Shown here one piece after another: positions 20,521 through 35,273 of a stretch of 54,910 nt of DNA; position 1 is the first letter of the stretch; every line of letters starts with the position of its first letter. Origin of the DNA: Pseudomonadota bacterium (GTDB lineage: Bacteria; Pseudomonadota; Gammaproteobacteria; BMS3Bbin11); the NCBI GenBank assembly GCA_034659075.1, contig JAYEGM010000005.1, positions 1 through 54,910 on the forward strand, in the 5' to 3' direction. The notes under the pieces were generated by a model. It had not been told where the DNA came from. It saw nothing but the letters and a program-made list of their open reading frames with translations, and ran no database searches. Made by a program: the position numbers and the translations under genes.

Positions 20521-20648
20521 AAACTCAGCTAAGTATCAGCACAATAATAAAAAAAGAAACAAACTCACCCGAGCTCCACCACAAAAAAATACATTTTTTT
20601 CAATGTATTCTGATCAGAATGATGAAAAACCACCTCATTAACCGGAAT

Positions 20649-20679
20649 CCTCTGTACCCTTCGTGCCCTCTGTGGTGAA
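20649..20679. repeat. Single arm of nonamer-based REP-like repeat (CCTCTGTAC CCTTCGTGC CCTCTGTGG TGAA)
   Basis: Matches the arms at 22550-22571 and 25311-25332. Confidence 0.7.
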
Positions 20680-20691
20680 TGAATTTGATTC

Positions 20692-20726
20692 CATATTTTG
20701 AACTTGAAACTTGAAGCTTGGATATT
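20692..20726. repeat. Degenerate GAAACTT heptamer array
   Basis: CATATTT TGAACTT GAAACTT GAAGCTT GGATATT, just after the ftsB stop. Confidence 0.7.
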
Positions 20727-20730
20727 GAAG

Positions 20731-21000
20731 TCATTCAATAATCTGCACAAAAACCTCATCAGACCGTATCAACCCCAGGTCACTGCGCGCCCGCTCTTCT
20801 ATCGCTTCCGTGCCTTTCTGCAAGTTAACAATCTCCCCGGCTAGTTCACGATTGCGCTGTTGCAGGCGTTCATTTTGCACCTGCTGTGTAACGATATCAC
20901 GCTTCATTTTCCAGATATCCAGTAAACCGCCTTTGCCGAAGGTGAGTGTATAGGCCAGTAAAATGGCCAGTACAATTCCAGATGCAAGCAGAAGCTTCAA
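20731..21000 (-). CDS. ftsB: Cell division protein FtsB
   Basis: TM helix, GKGG, coiled coil, AIEERARSDLGLI..DE; TTG start 21000 with AGGAG RBS; follows eno. Confidence 0.92.
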   Translation of the reverse strand: MKLLLASGIVLAILLAYTLTFGKGGLLDIWKMKRDIVTQQVQNERLQQRNRELAGEIVNLQKGTEAIEERARSDLGLIRSDEVFVQIIE

Positions 21001-21031
21001 TCTCTCCTGTCCCCCTTTGTAGTGCCCTGGT

Positions 21032-22336
<1,305 letters not shown>

Positions 22337-22429
22337 TTACTCCTGCAATGCAGGAGGCAGGAGTTTTATCTGATTTACCGTAACTTAGCCCGTGATTTTA
22401 CCGCAATGCCTGAGCGCTTAAAAGATTAT

Positions 22430-22571
22430 TTACCACAGAGGACACGGAGGTCACAGAGGAAAAAAGATGATTACCTTGTGGCTATGTGCGTAAAAAATAC
22501 TTTTCGACTAGACAAAAAAACGCAGAGAAAGAACGAACAAACACAAAAACCTCTGTGTCCTCTGTGGTGAA
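22430..22571. repeat. Nonamer-based inverted-repeat (REP-like) element between kdsA and eno
   Basis: Left arm TTACCACAGAGGACACGGAGGTCACAGAGG (22430-22459), right arm CCTCTGTGTCCTCTGTGGTGAA (22550-22571), ~90-nt AT-rich spacer. Confidence 0.8.
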
Positions 22572-22581
22572 TGTTTCTGGT

Positions 22582-23415
22582 CTAGAGCTGCTCTTCGAAT
22601 GCTCTGGCCTTGCTGGCCTGGTCGATATCCTGCAGGTGTTGCAGCAATTCTTTCATTCGGTCCAGCGGCCACGAGTTGGGACCGTCACTTAGGGCTTTAT
22701 CGGGGTCGGGGTGCGTTTCCATGAATAGACCCGACACGCCGACTGCTACGGCAGCTCTGGCCAGCACAGGGATATATTCGCGGTTGCCACCCGAATGTGT
22801 ACCCTGACCACCGGGTTGCTGTACGGAATGGGTCACATCAAACACCACGGGACAGCCGGTCTCTCGCATGATCGCCAGTGAACGCATATCAACGACCAGG
22901 TTATTGTAACCAAAGCTGACACCGCGTTCACAAACCATAACACGGCCTTCTCCACCGGCTGCAATCGCTTTGCTGGCTACCTGTGTCATTTCCTGTGGTG
23001 ACAGGAACTGTCCTTTTTTGATATTAACCGGTTTACCGCAGGCACCGACGGCTTCAATTAGATCAGTCTGACGACAGAGAAAAGCCGGTGTCTGCAAAAC
23101 ATCGACGACCTCGGCCACAGCCTTTACTTCTGATGCGCTGTGTACATCTGTCAGTACCGGTACACCGGTTTGCTGGCGAACATGATCGAGAACCTTAAGC
23201 CCTTCATCGATCCCCATTCCACGATAGGACTGGCCGGAGGTACGGTTTGCCTTGTCATAGGATGACTTGAAGATAAAGGGTATACCGAGTTCAGCGGTTA
23301 TTTCAGCCAGCGTGCCGGCCGTATCAACGGCTAGCTGCTCTGATTCAACAACACAAGGGCCGGCAATAAGAAAAAAAGGATGCGCAAGATCAACATTAAA
23401 ATCTAACAGCTTCAT
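22582..23415 (-). CDS. kdsA: 3-deoxy-8-phosphooctulonate (KDO8P) synthase
   Basis: [31 protein letters not shown]; start set at ATG 23415. Confidence 0.96.
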   Translation of the reverse strand: MKLLDFNVDLAHPFFLIAGPCVVESEQLAVDTAGTLAEITAELGIPFIFKSSYDKANRTSGQSYRGMGIDEGLKVLDHVRQQTGVPVLTDVHSASEVKAVAEVVDVLQTPAFLCRQTDLIEAVGACGKPVNIKKGQFLSPQEMTQVASKAIAAGGEGRVMVCERGVSFGYNNLVVDMRSLAIMRETGCPVVFDVTHSVQQPGGQGTHSGGNREYIPVLARAAVAVGVSGLFMETHPDPDKALSDGPNSWPLDRMKELLQHLQDIDQASKARAFEEQL

Positions 23416-23431
23416 TTCCGTCTGCCTGTCA

Positions 23432-25099
<1,668 letters not shown>

Positions 25100-25197
25100 T
25101 TAGTGTGCGGGGACTGTTCCCCGAACGGGAGAAAAGCATACCAAAGCCGCCCACACTTCACAATCAGAACATTAGTTTGAAGTTCAAAGTCTTTTTT

Positions 25198-25332
25198 TTA
25201 CCACAGAGGACACGGAGGACACAGAGGTTTTTGCGTTGGCATATTTCTTATCAAATACTGGAGTTGAAGCAGAAGCTCGGTGATGCATTACATTTAACAG
25301 AAAATATTTTTCCTCCGTGTCCTCTGTGGTAA
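25198..25332. repeat. Nonamer-based inverted-repeat (REP-like) element between tilS and pyrG
   Basis: Perfect 22-bp inverted repeat TTACCACAGAGGACACGGAGGA / TCCTCCGTGTCCTCTGTGGTAA with one extra nonamer on the left arm. Confidence 0.85.
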
Positions 25333-25359
25333 GAGATTTTGATATTGGTGCAATTATTG

Positions 25360-26730
25360 CTAATCAAGCCCCATATCCTGAATCGAGAACACGTAGCCCT
25401 CTTCGTCCGGGGCGGGTAAGTAATGGGGGTTGCTCCAGAACGATGATACAGCAAGCAGTTCGTCATTGAGAAAGAACAGCGGCACTCTGTCACGTATCCA
25501 TGCGGGTACGGAAAGATCCTGGAATAGTGTCTTTAGTGGCTTGCTGCCGTGATCGCCAGGCATACGACACTGTTCACCTCCCTGGCGAATGCCAACCCGT
25601 AAGACAAAATCTTCGAGCAGGGATTCTGCCAACCCCTCTCCCATCACCTTTGTTGCCTGCAGCTGGAAATTCAGAAACTGTATAGGAGCTGGCAGAATCC
25701 AGTCCAGAAACCCATCGACAGCCTGGACGTTATCGGTCTTATCACAAAGCCACAGAATACTGTTATCCAGTCTGATTACACCACCAGACCAGTTCACACT
25801 GCCCCTGGCTGATGATTCCTCAAGCAACTGGATCAGGGTTTGAATCCGCTCATCACCGGGTACCGGCAAGCCATTTATCCGTACCCAGTAGCGCAGGGCA
25901 TTTGCACGGTGCGTGGGTGACATACCGGCCAGTAAGCCAGCATTCAGACAGGCAATGCACGGAGGAAAAAAGTGGTTACTGGCGGCATTGCAATGAAGTA
26001 GATCAGATCTGGCTATATCATCCAGCATGGACGCTGCAGAGGCTGCATGACGGGCACTGCGCGTCAGGCTTTTGTCCATTCCCGGCCAGCGCTGGCGCAA
26101 AGCAGGCAATATATTATTACGCAGGTAGTTTCTGTCAAATCTATTATCCCTGTTGCTCGGATCTTCTACCCAGACTAATTTATTTCTGCTGGCGTAATCC
26201 TGCAAGTCCCCGCGCGAGAAAGCCAGCAGCGGCCGCAGCAATCGCCCTGTAGAAAAAGATTTACTGGCAGGCATAGCCGCCAGTCCGTGCACCCCTGCCC
26301 CGCGCAGCAGCTGCAGTAATAATGTTTCACTCTGATCGTTCCGGTGCTGAGCTGTCATACATAAGCCGCCCGCTGGCAGACATTCAGCTAGCGCAGCGTA
26401 GCGTGCGTCTCGGGCAAGCGCTTCCAGGCTCTCCCGCTTTCTCTGATCTATGTTAAGTGTTCTGACAATCAGAGGCACAGACAGCTCATCACACACCTGC
26501 TGACAGTGGTTTGCCCAGTCAGCTGACTGAGTTTGCAGTCGGTGGTCAATATGAATGGCTTTAAGGGTGAAGGGGTAATCAGATGCCAGAGCCGCCAGTG
26601 CATGTAATAGCACATGCGAATCCAGCCCGCCGCTGAAAGCGACATAGACGGCACTGTTCTGTTCTACGTTTAGCTGATCGAGCAGGACCTGGCTCAGGCG
26701 GCTTATAGAGAAATTAGCCTGTGCAGGCAT
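25360..26730 (-). CDS. tilS: tRNA(Ile)-lysidine synthetase
   Basis: AFSGGLDS PP-loop, EALARDARY, DPSN, RNYLR. Confidence 0.95.
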   Translation of the reverse strand: MPAQANFSISRLSQVLLDQLNVEQNSAVYVAFSGGLDSHVLLHALAALASDYPFTLKAIHIDHRLQTQSADWANHCQQVCDELSVPLIVRTLNIDQRKRESLEALARDARYAALAECLPAGGLCMTAQHRNDQSETLLLQLLRGAGVHGLAAMPASKSFSTGRLLRPLLAFSRGDLQDYASRNKLVWVEDPSNRDNRFDRNYLRNNILPALRQRWPGMDKSLTRSARHAASAASMLDDIARSDLLHCNAASNHFFPPCIACLNAGLLAGMSPTHRANALRYWVRINGLPVPGDERIQTLIQLLEESSARGSVNWSGGVIRLDNSILWLCDKTDNVQAVDGFLDWILPAPIQFLNFQLQATKVMGEGLAESLLEDFVLRVGIRQGGEQCRMPGDHGSKPLKTLFQDLSVPAWIRDRVPLFFLNDELLAVSSFWSNPHYLPAPDEEGYVFSIQDMGLD

Positions 26731-26747
26731 TTATCTGCCCGGACGGG

Positions 26748-27710
26748 TTATTCCTGGAAATTATCGACACCGTACTGGCGCAAGCGGTGATAGCGTTTCT
26801 CCTGCAGCTCGGCAATCGTCATTTCTTGCAGGGCATCAAGATTTTTCACCAGCACCTTGCGTAGATTTTCTGCCGCCAGGTCGACATCACGGTGTGCACC
26901 ACCCAGCGGTTCCTCGATGATCTCATCTATCAGGCCCAGTTCATGCAGGCGCTGGGCTGTTAATCCCATCACCTCAGCGGCATCCGCGGCATTATCGGCA
27001 CTCTTCCACAGGATAGTTGAACAGCCTTCCGGTGAGATTACTGAGTATGTCGAATACTGAAACATTAGAAGCCGGTCACAGACACCTATTGCCAGCGCAC
27101 CGCCCGACCCCCCTTCACCAATCACCGTTGAAATAACGGGCGTTTTCAAATCTGACATAACAAATAAATTACGCGCGATGGCCTCGCTCTGTCCACGTTT
27201 TTCTGCATCAACGCCCGGGTAAGCGCCGGGAGTATCTATGAACGTCAGCAGAGGCAGGTGGAACCGCTCTGCCATTTCCATGAGCCTCATAGCTTTGCGG
27301 TATCCTTCGGGCCTTGGCATGCCAAAGTTGCGATACACTTTTTCCTTCGTATCACGCCCTTTCTGGTGCCCGATCACTACCACAGGACGACCTTCCAGAC
27401 GTGCCAGACCACCGATAATTGCGGGATCATCAGCAAACATACGATCACCGCGCAATTCCTGAAAATCTGTAAATACCCGGTCAATATATTCCAGCGTATA
27501 GGGTCGCTGGGGATGGCGCGCAAGTTGTGACACCTGCCATGAAGACAATGAGGAAAATATTGATTCTGTCAGCTTGATGCTCTTACTGTGCAGACGCGAC
27601 ACTTCATCGGTCAGACTGACATCACTGGTGATGCCAACATGACGTAATTCGTCTATTTTGGCTTCAAGTTCGGCGATAGGTTGCTCAAAATCGAGAAAGT
27701 TGAGGTTCAT
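26748..27710 (-). CDS. accA: Acetyl-CoA carboxylase carboxyltransferase alpha subunit
   Basis: [32 protein letters not shown]. Confidence 0.97.
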   Translation of the reverse strand: MNLNFLDFEQPIAELEAKIDELRHVGITSDVSLTDEVSRLHSKSIKLTESIFSSLSSWQVSQLARHPQRPYTLEYIDRVFTDFQELRGDRMFADDPAIIGGLARLEGRPVVVIGHQKGRDTKEKVYRNFGMPRPEGYRKAMRLMEMAERFHLPLLTFIDTPGAYPGVDAEKRGQSEAIARNLFVMSDLKTPVISTVIGEGGSGGALAIGVCDRLLMFQYSTYSVISPEGCSTILWKSADNAADAAEVMGLTAQRLHELGLIDEIIEEPLGGAHRDVDLAAENLRKVLVKNLDALQEMTIAELQEKRYHRLRQYGVDNFQE

Positions 27711-27785
27711 CTATTATTCCAGCTGTAAAATTTCTAGTCGGGTGGAAGTATAACGCCATACCGATATAAGGATAAAGGGCAGCGC

Positions 27786-30700
27786 TTAATTCATACGTGC
27801 CCCGGCCGCATTATATTCACATACCGCTTTGCTGACGACAGGGAGTTTATTTAATTCATCCAGTAATCTGGCTGAGGGGTGCACACACCATTCACGCGGC
27901 AAATGGATGCTTGCCCTGGCCTCATCGTTCGTATAGTCAATAATAACGGGAGTAGAACCGCCGGTTACCGGTTGCAGGGTCACCTGTAAGCTTTCTACGG
28001 CATCTTCAACTTTTTTTATCAAGCTGATACGCAGGTCGGTTGCAAAGGTCTCGCGGGCGGAATCCATGTCATGAATACGCTCTGCAGTGACCCGGGTACC
28101 GCCGGTATAATCATCATAACCAGCCTTACCGCTGATGATGACTAGCCGGTCTTCCTGCAGTAATTGTTTATTGTCATCATAGAGCTCTGAGTAGATGGGA
28201 ATTTCCAGCCAGGCAGACTGATCATCCAACGTCAGAATTGCCATCCGTCCGCGTCGCGTATTCATTGTGCGCATCGCAATAATAAGCCCCGCAATGGTCA
28301 CCTGCTTGCCCTCTGCCGACTCTACATCACTCAAGTTGCAGCTGATAAAATTACTCAGTTCCTTGTGATACTGATTCATCGGGTGCCCGGTAAGATACAG
28401 CCCAAGGTGCTTTTTTTCCCGTTTAAGGCGCTCGTCCTCTGAATATTCTGCAACCTCTATCCAGTCGATGTCGAGATCCAGTTCATCGCTGCTGCCAAAC
28501 AGGTCATCCTGCCCGGCTGCACGATTTCTTAGCTCCTGCCCCGACAGGGACATGGCATTCGGCAGGTTTGCCATTAAGGCGGCTCGATGGATCCCCATTT
28601 GGTCCAGCGCGCCGGCACCAATCAGCGTCTCCAGGGTACGCTGATTCACTTTCTTCAAATCCAGTGCACGACAAAAGTCATACAGATCATTGAACTGGCC
28701 TTTTTCCTCCCGCGCACGCGTTATTTCTTCAATCGCCGCCTGCCCTATACCTTTGATAGCACCTAACCCGTATACGATCGTGTCTTCCGAGCTTGCCTCG
28801 AAGGAATAACCGGAGCTATTCACATCCGGTGGCAGCACCATTAACTCCATCTCCCGACATTCAGCTATTAATGTAACGACTTTATCGGTCTTTTCCATGT
28901 CTGCGGACAGCGTTGAAGCCAGGAACATCGCCGGATAATGGGCCTTGAACCAGGCGGTCTGGAATGAAACCAGTGCGTATGCGGCAGAGTGTGATTTATT
29001 AAAACCGTACTTGGCGAATTCCTCCATCAAATCAAAGATGCTGTCGGCCTGTTTGCTATCGATGCCATTCTTTTCAGCACCAGCACGAAAATTCTCACGC
29101 TGTTTAGCCATTTCTTCTGCGATCTTCTTACCCATTGCCCGACGCAGCATATCCGCCGCACCCAGGGTGAATGATGCAAGTATCTGGGCGATCTGCATGA
29201 CCTGTTCCTGGTAAACAATTACGCCATAGGTAGGTTTCAATATTTCTTCCAGCGACGGGTGTGGATAAACAATTTTTTCACGCCCGTGCTTACGTTCTAT
29301 AAAGGTATCAACCATGCCTGAACCCAATGGCCCCGGGCGATATAAGGCGACCACCGCGACCATATCGTCAAAATTATCCGGCTGCAGCTTCTTAATAACA
29401 TCTTTCATACCACTGGATTCAAGCTGGAAAACAGCTGTAGTCCCGCAGGCCTGAATCAACTTGAAGGTTTCTTTATCACGAAGATCAATATCTGCCAGTG
29501 TCATCGCTGGCTGATCGTTCTTTTCACGGTAACGGTTTACCGTTTTCAACGTATTATCGATAATGGTCAGGGTTCGCAGACCCAGGAAATCAAACTTCAC
29601 CAGGCCAACAGCTTCTACATCTTTCATGTCCAGATGTGTCACCATCTGGGTGACGCCCTGCTCGCAATACAAAGCCGTAAAGTCAGTCAGTGCGGTCGGT
29701 GCAATCACCACACCCCCGGCATGCTTGCCAGCATTTCTGGCCATGCCTTCCAGCGATCGTGCCCTGGATATCAGTTCTCGTACATCATCATCCTGTTCAA
29801 TTTTTTCACGCAGTTCTTTTTCTGAGTCAATGGCTTTGCTCAGCGTCATTCCCGGTTCCCCTGGAATCATCTTGGCCAACTGGTCGACAAAACCGAAGCC
29901 TACATCCATTACCCTGCCGACATCACGTACCACTGCACGTGCCGCCATGGTGCCGTAGGTAATAATTTGTGAGACCTTGTCAGAGCCATAATGCTGGGTG
30001 ACATACTCAATCACCCGGTCACGTTTATCCATACAGAAATCGATATCGAAATCCGGCATCGAGACACGTTCCGGGTTCAGGAATCGCTCAAACAGCAGGC
30101 CATGTTCAATTGGATCAAGTTCGGTAATACCCAGGCAGTAGGCCACCAGTGATCCGGCACCGGAACCACGACCCGGCCCGACCGGTATGTCATGTTCCTT
30201 GGCCCAATGGATAAAGTCGGCAACAATAAGGAAATATCCGGGAAATCCCATGCCAGTGATGACACCAAGCTCCATATCGAGTCGCTCCTGATAGGGCTCC
30301 CGGGGCACCTCTGATGGAACTTTTTTCAGTATTTCTTTTAAACCATCATTTGAGTCATCAATCAGTAGCTGATTGACATCCTGCCCTTCAGCAACAGGAA
30401 ATTCTGGCATGAAGTTCTTACCCAGCGTCAACCGGCAATTACAGCGCATTGCGATATGATAGGTATTTTCGATCGCTTCGGGTATATCAGCAAACAGTGC
30501 TGCCATTTCCTCTGATGAACGAAAATACTGCTGACTGCTGTAAAGCTTTGGCCGACGCGGATCATTCAATACCCGGCTATCCTGTATGCAGACACGTATA
30601 TCATGAATTTCGAAATCCTCTTCGGTTCTGAAACGCACATCGTTTGTTGCCACCACGGGTAATGAGCGGCGCAGTGCCAGGTCCATGGCCCTGACGACAT

Positions 30701-31244
30701 GCTCTTCATCACCCGGTCTGCCGGTACGCTGTAGTTCAAGGTAAAAACAATCACCGAATATCTGCAGATATTCTTCTACCAGCTGATCAATTTGCTCGAT
30801 AGAACCATGCAGCAAAGCATTTCCTAACTCTCCCTGAGTAGCGGCAGAAAGTGCTATCAGGCCATCACTGTGGGCAGCAAGTTCCTTTTTGGAAATACAG
30901 GCATGGCCACCCAGATGCTGGCCATGACGAAAGGCCTCTGATAGCAAATATGTCAGATTACGATAACCTTTTTCATTCTTACACAGCAGAATTAGACGGA
31001 AGGGTTTGCCCGGTTGCTCAGGTCGCTCAATCCAGACATCAGAACCCAGAACCGGCTTAACACCGGCTGCCATTGCGGCTTTATAGAATTTAACCACAGA
31101 GAAAACATTGGATAAATCCGTAACGGCAACAGCCGGCATATGATTCTCTGTAGATGCATCAATGATGTTTTTGATGCGCAGCACACTGTCTACCAGGGAA
31201 TATTCCGAGTGCAGATGAAGATGGATAAAGGGTTTCTTAAGCAC
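27786..31244 (-). CDS. dnaE: DNA polymerase III alpha subunit
   Basis: [12 protein letters not shown] domain, [26 protein letters not shown]; normal length. Confidence 0.98.
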   Translation of the reverse strand: MLKKPFIHLHLHSEYSLVDSVLRIKNIIDASTENHMPAVAVTDLSNVFSVVKFYKAAMAAGVKPVLGSDVWIERPEQPGKPFRLILLCKNEKGYRNLTYLLSEAFRHGQHLGGHACISKKELAAHSDGLIALSAATQGELGNALLHGSIEQIDQLVEEYLQIFGDCFYLELQRTGRPGDEEHVVRAMDLALRRSLPVVATNDVRFRTEEDFEIHDIRVCIQDSRVLNDPRRPKLYSSQQYFRSSEEMAALFADIPEAIENTYHIAMRCNCRLTLGKNFMPEFPVAEGQDVNQLLIDDSNDGLKEILKKVPSEVPREPYQERLDMELGVITGMGFPGYFLIVADFIHWAKEHDIPVGPGRGSGAGSLVAYCLGITELDPIEHGLLFERFLNPERVSMPDFDIDFCMDKRDRVIEYVTQHYGSDKVSQIITYGTMAARAVVRDVGRVMDVGFGFVDQLAKMIPGEPGMTLSKAIDSEKELREKIEQDDDVRELISRARSLEGMARNAGKHAGGVVIAPTALTDFTALYCEQGVTQMVTHLDMKDVEAVGLVKFDFLGLRTLTIIDNTLKTVNRYREKNDQPAMTLADIDLRDKETFKLIQACGTTAVFQLESSGMKDVIKKLQPDNFDDMVAVVALYRPGPLGSGMVDTFIERKHGREKIVYPHPSLEEILKPTYGVIVYQEQVMQIAQILASFTLGAADMLRRAMGKKIAEEMAKQRENFRAGAEKNGIDSKQADSIFDLMEEFAKYGFNKSHSAAYALVSFQTAWFKAHYPAMFLASTLSADMEKTDKVVTLIAECREMELMVLPPDVNSSGYSFEASSEDTIVYGLGAIKGIGQAAIEEITRAREEKGQFNDLYDFCRALDLKKVNQRTLETLIGAGALDQMGIHRAALMANLPNAMSLSGQELRNRAAGQDDLFGSSDELDLDIDWIEVAEYSEDERLKREKKHLGLYLTGHPMNQYHKELSNFISCNLSDVESAEGKQVTIAGLIIAMRTMNTRRGRMAILTLDDQSAWLEIPIYSELYDDNKQLLQEDRLVIISGKAGYDDYTGGTRVTAERIHDMDSARETFATDLRISLIKKVEDAVESLQVTLQPVTGGSTPVIIDYTNDEARASIHLPREWCVHPSARLLDELNKLPVVSKAVCEYNAAGARMN

Positions 31245-31815
31245 TGCGTTCTATCGCCATTTTTACCGGTGAAAAGCTACGGCGGTGAACAGGTGTAGCT
31301 CCATATTTTTGTAATGCCTGACGATGCATACGAGTAGGATAGCCCTTGTTGCTGGCGAAACCGTACTGCGGATACTGATCATCTAAATCCACCATCAAAC
31401 GGTCACGGTAAACCTTGGCAATAATTGAGGCAGCTGAAATCTCGGCGATCAGACCGTCGCCGCCGACTATAGCCTCGGCCTGACAGGGAAACTCAGGCAA
31501 GTGGTTTCCATCCACCAGCACCTTGTCAGGTCTTATTGTTAGTCCAGCTACGGCTCGCTGCATCGCGAGCAGGGTTGCCTGCAGAATGTTGATCTGATCA
31601 ATCTCGTAGACATCCGCCTGTCCTATCGAGAAGTTAACAGCATGCTGCCTGATTAGCTGGTCCAGCCGCAGGCGTTTTTTTTCAGTCAGGCGCTTTGAAT
31701 CAGCCAGGCCGTCAATAATATGATGGCTATCCAGGATAACTGCCGCTGTCACCACGGGGCCTGCCAATGGACCGCGCCCAACTTCATCAACCCCTGCAAT
31801 AAATAATCTCGGCAT
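31237..31815 (-). CDS. rnhB: Ribonuclease HII
   Basis: [29 protein letters not shown]. Confidence 0.97.
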   Translation of the reverse strand: MPRLFIAGVDEVGRGPLAGPVVTAAVILDSHHIIDGLADSKRLTEKKRLRLDQLIRQHAVNFSIGQADVYEIDQINILQATLLAMQRAVAGLTIRPDKVLVDGNHLPEFPCQAEAIVGGDGLIAEISAASIIAKVYRDRLMVDLDDQYPQYGFASNKGYPTRMHRQALQKYGATPVHRRSFSPVKMAIERSA

Positions 31816-32996
31816 TAATAGTACTCTGGTTCTATTTTATTTTTCAGGCCGAGCATGTCCAGCACTGTTTCTGCTGCCAGGCGATCAGAATCAAGATCCA
31901 GACTTTGCCGTATTTTTTTAAATGCACTAATTACCCTGGTGACTTCTGCTTCATTATTGAGGTATACGCTCACTTCACGCTCAAGATTTTCGGGCGTGCA
32001 ATCATCCTGCATTAGTTCAGGAACCAGCCGGTAGCCGACCAGATTGTTAGGCATAGAAAAGTATTTCACGCTGGCAAGTAATTGCACCATGGTTTTTGTC
32101 AGCCAGGATACCTTGTAGGCAACCACCACAGGCCTGCCCACAATGGCCGCCTCAAGAGCTGCTGTACCTGAAGCGAGCATGAGGATATCCGCACAGGCCA
32201 TAACATCCCTGGAGTGCCCATGCACACGAACCAGATCGATGTCTTTTGTGTCTGCTTTCTGTACTTCTTCCTCAAACACATCCATTAGAGCAGTATCCGG
32301 CATGGCGGTAACAAATTGCAGATTTGGATATTTTTTTGAAAGCCTGGCTGCTGCCAGTAAAAAATCCCCTGCCATACGCTGAATTTCCCCTCGCCGGCTG
32401 CCCGGTAACAGGGCAATCACTTTTTTTTGCAAAGAAATACCGAACCGTTTTTTCAATGATTTTATATCCGGGTCACTATCAATGTCCCTGACCATGGGAT
32501 GGCCGACAAGCTTCACATTCAACTGGTGCTGACGATAGAAATCAAGCTCAAAGGGGAACAAAACAAGAATCCTGTCTATTGAGTAACGCATAGACCTGAG
32601 GCGATATTTTCGCCAGGCCCAGACAGTTGGACTGACGTAGTGCAGCACTGGCGTTCCTGCCTTACGTAATTTCTTCTCAAGACCCAGATTAAAATCCGGC
32701 GCATCGATGCCGATGAATAAATCAGGTGGGTCAGCGACAAAATAGTGCAGCAGGCTACGTCTAATTTGCAGAATTTCTGCTAATCTGCCAAACAGGCCAT
32801 CCAGGCCCATAAGAGTCAGCTTGTTCATTGGGAACAGGCTTTTGCAGGACTGCTGCTGCATATTAGGGCCAGCTATGCCTGTAAACTCAAAAGTATAGGG
32901 ATACAGTTTCAGTGCTCGTATCAGGCCTGCCGCAAGGAGATCACCCGAAACTTCACCAGCAACGATGCCTATCTTAAATGTTTTCCTTCCCTGCAT
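31815..32996 (-). CDS. lpxB: Lipid-A-disaccharide synthase
   Basis: [31 protein letters not shown]. Confidence 0.96.
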   Translation of the reverse strand: MQGRKTFKIGIVAGEVSGDLLAAGLIRALKLYPYTFEFTGIAGPNMQQQSCKSLFPMNKLTLMGLDGLFGRLAEILQIRRSLLHYFVADPPDLFIGIDAPDFNLGLEKKLRKAGTPVLHYVSPTVWAWRKYRLRSMRYSIDRILVLFPFELDFYRQHQLNVKLVGHPMVRDIDSDPDIKSLKKRFGISLQKKVIALLPGSRRGEIQRMAGDFLLAAARLSKKYPNLQFVTAMPDTALMDVFEEEVQKADTKDIDLVRVHGHSRDVMACADILMLASGTAALEAAIVGRPVVVAYKVSWLTKTMVQLLASVKYFSMPNNLVGYRLVPELMQDDCTPENLEREVSVYLNNEAEVTRVISAFKKIRQSLDLDSDRLAAETVLDMLGLKNKIEPEYY

Positions 32997-33005
32997 GGTA
33001 TCGTT

Positions 33006-33776
33006 TCAGCGAACGACACCCCGTTCACTATTGAGCAGAAAATCAGCAAATAATTTTACATTAGCATCATCAGCAGACAACCTGGCAATATCCTCTATAG
33101 CATCCTGAAAGCTAAGATCTGAACGATAGAGGGTTCGATATGCATGCTTTAATGCTGAAATATCGTCTTCTGTAAAGCCGCGGCGCTGCAGGCCCTTCAC
33201 ATTGATTCCATAGGGACGAGCGGTATTGCCGGCAACCTTCAGGTAGGGAGGAATATCCTTGAAAGAAACCGCACCGATACCGGTCATAACATGTGCGCCC
33301 ACTTTGCAAAATTGATGAATCAGAGTAAACCCGCCAAAAATAACATGATCACCAACCACCACATGCCCTGCCAGACTGGAGCCGTTGGCAAAAATAATTT
33401 TGTCGCCCAGTATGCAGTCATGCGCAATGTGAACATAAGCCATGAGAAAATTATCATTGCCAATGCGCGTTATTCCCCCGCCTTCCCGTGTCCCGGCGTG
33501 AAGAGTACAAAACTCCCGCACCACATTATTGTCACCAATAATTAACTCGGTCGGTTCATTTTTATAAGTCATGCTCTGAGGAATTTCGCCAACAGATGCA
33601 TATTGAAAGATACGGTTATTTTTTCCTATACGTGTATGGCCGGTGAGTGTGACATGCGGGCCAATTGTGGTCCCGTCCCCTATTTTTACATCTTTACCGA
33701 TGATGGAAAAAGGTCCTATTGAGACATCCTTTCCAATAACTGCACCTTCCTCAAGAATAGCATGAGGTGAGATCAC
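33006..33776 (-). CDS. lpxA: UDP-N-acetylglucosamine acyltransferase
   Basis: Hexapeptide repeats, HIAHDC, GLQRRGF. Confidence 0.96.
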   Translation of the reverse strand: MISPHAILEEGAVIGKDVSIGPFSIIGKDVKIGDGTTIGPHVTLTGHTRIGKNNRIFQYASVGEIPQSMTYKNEPTELIIGDNNVVREFCTLHAGTREGGGITRIGNDNFLMAYVHIAHDCILGDKIIFANGSSLAGHVVVGDHVIFGGFTLIHQFCKVGAHVMTGIGAVSFKDIPPYLKVAGNTARPYGINVKGLQRRGFTEDDISALKHAYRTLYRSDLSFQDAIEDIARLSADDANVKLFADFLLNSERGVVR

Positions 33777-34226
33777 TTAAACCTCCCGTGCAGTAAACAT
33801 CAATTCGGATGAGGTACAGCGATTACCATCAACAGTAATCACGGCGGAACAGAACCACATCCCCCTGGCTTTTCTGGTTAGTTTCACGTCGACTTTCAGC
33901 TGATCCCCGGGTTCTACCGGTCTTTTGAAACGCACCTTATCTACGCCAACAAAATAATAAACAAGATTGCTGTCACCGCCTTTTACATCAGAACTTATCG
34001 CCGCCAGTAAGGCAGCCGCCTGGGCCATTACCTCAATCAACAGTACCCCCGGCATTACCGGTCGGCTGGGATAGTGCCCGGGGAAGAATGGCTCGTTATA
34101 GGTAACATTTTTGATTGCCGTTAACGAAGTATCTTTTTCAAAATCAGTAACCCGATCTATCAGCAGGAAGGGATACCTGTGCGGCAGATACTTGAGAATT
34201 TCATGGATATCTATGCTGTTCATCAT
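33777..34226 (-). CDS. fabZ: 3-hydroxyacyl-ACP dehydratase
   Basis: LPHRYPFLLIDRV, NEPFF.GH, MPGVL.IE.MAQ. Confidence 0.97.
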   Translation of the reverse strand: MMNSIDIHEILKYLPHRYPFLLIDRVTDFEKDTSLTAIKNVTYNEPFFPGHYPSRPVMPGVLLIEVMAQAAALLAAISSDVKGGDSNLVYYFVGVDKVRFKRPVEPGDQLKVDVKLTRKARGMWFCSAVITVDGNRCTSSELMFTAREV

Positions 34227-34243
34227 CTGACCTTTCGTGTTAA

Positions 34244-35257
34244 TTATGCCTGCTTCTTTGTCAGATCCCTGACCTGTTTGAAAAGTAAACTTAGTTGTTT
34301 GAAACGCGTTGCGTTTTTTAACCAGCTGCGTGTCTCCTCAAGTAATACGCCGGAGGAATATACGCCTGGCACAGTAATATCAGAACGGACAGCTGCTTGT
34401 CCGGTAAAATGTGCATCATCACAAATCGAAATGTTATCAACCACCCCGACCTGACCTGCAAACGTGCATCGCTTACCGACCACTGTACTTCCTGCAAAAC
34501 CCGTACATGCGGCAATAGCCGTATCATCTCCAATACTGACATTGTGGGCAATATGCACCAGGTTGTCTATTTTGACGCCATTGCCTATCAAGGTATCACC
34601 CAGAGCGCCACGATCTATAGCTGTATTTGCCCCAACGCTGACATTATTTCCGATCACCACCTTACCAAGTTGTGGAACGGCTATCCAGTGATCACCTTCA
34701 CGCGTATGCCCGAAGCCGTCTGAACCAATTACACAGCCACTATGGAAGATGCAATTTCTACCCACGACTGTTTCATGATACAGGGTGATATTATTTTTTA
34801 GTACCGTACCTTCACCAAGAACTGTACCCTCGCCCAGAAAACTTCCTGCCCCGATTTCACAACCGGCCGCTATGTTTACTGATTTTTCAATAATGACATT
34901 TTCAGCCACACTTGCCGTTTCATGGACTAAAGCTTCGGCATGGACAATGGATGACGGGTGGATGCCCGCTGGCCGGCATCTTGCAGGATGCAATAATCGG
35001 GCAATTCTTGCAAAAACCAGGTGTGGGTTATCGCTCAGTAAAGCATTGCCCTGGTATAGATCAGAGACATCTTTATGGAGTACAACAGCTGTAGCCGCCG
35101 TCGCTTTAAGCTCAGTAGCATGACGACGACCTGTGCAGAAGCTGATTTCGCCTTCCCCAGCATCCTGTAAACTGGCCACGCCCTTTATTTCTACCTCAGG
35201 CAGACCTTTCAGTTCAAGATCAAATTGTTTCGCCAGTTCAGATAGCAGAAAACTCAC
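34244..35257 (-). CDS. lpxD: UDP-3-O-acylglucosamine N-acyltransferase
   Basis: IGSDGFG, IDRGALGDT, KIDNLVHIAHNV. Confidence 0.96.
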   Translation of the reverse strand: MSFLLSELAKQFDLELKGLPEVEIKGVASLQDAGEGEISFCTGRRHATELKATAATAVVLHKDVSDLYQGNALLSDNPHLVFARIARLLHPARCRPAGIHPSSIVHAEALVHETASVAENVIIEKSVNIAAGCEIGAGSFLGEGTVLGEGTVLKNNITLYHETVVGRNCIFHSGCVIGSDGFGHTREGDHWIAVPQLGKVVIGNNVSVGANTAIDRGALGDTLIGNGVKIDNLVHIAHNVSIGDDTAIAACTGFAGSTVVGKRCTFAGQVGVVDNISICDDAHFTGQAAVRSDITVPGVYSSGVLLEETRSWLKNATRFKQLSLLFKQVRDLTKKQA

Positions 35258-35273
35258 TGTACCGCTGTAGACC

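Noticed and set aside
22339-22364. CTCCTGCA-A-TGCAGGAG palindrome with a duplicated GCAGGAG upstream of eno
   Set aside because: It is short and single-copy; it could be a regulatory hairpin but there is too little to support a call.
27786-31244. Intein or frameshift in dnaE
   Set aside because: Length is normal and the motifs are continuous.
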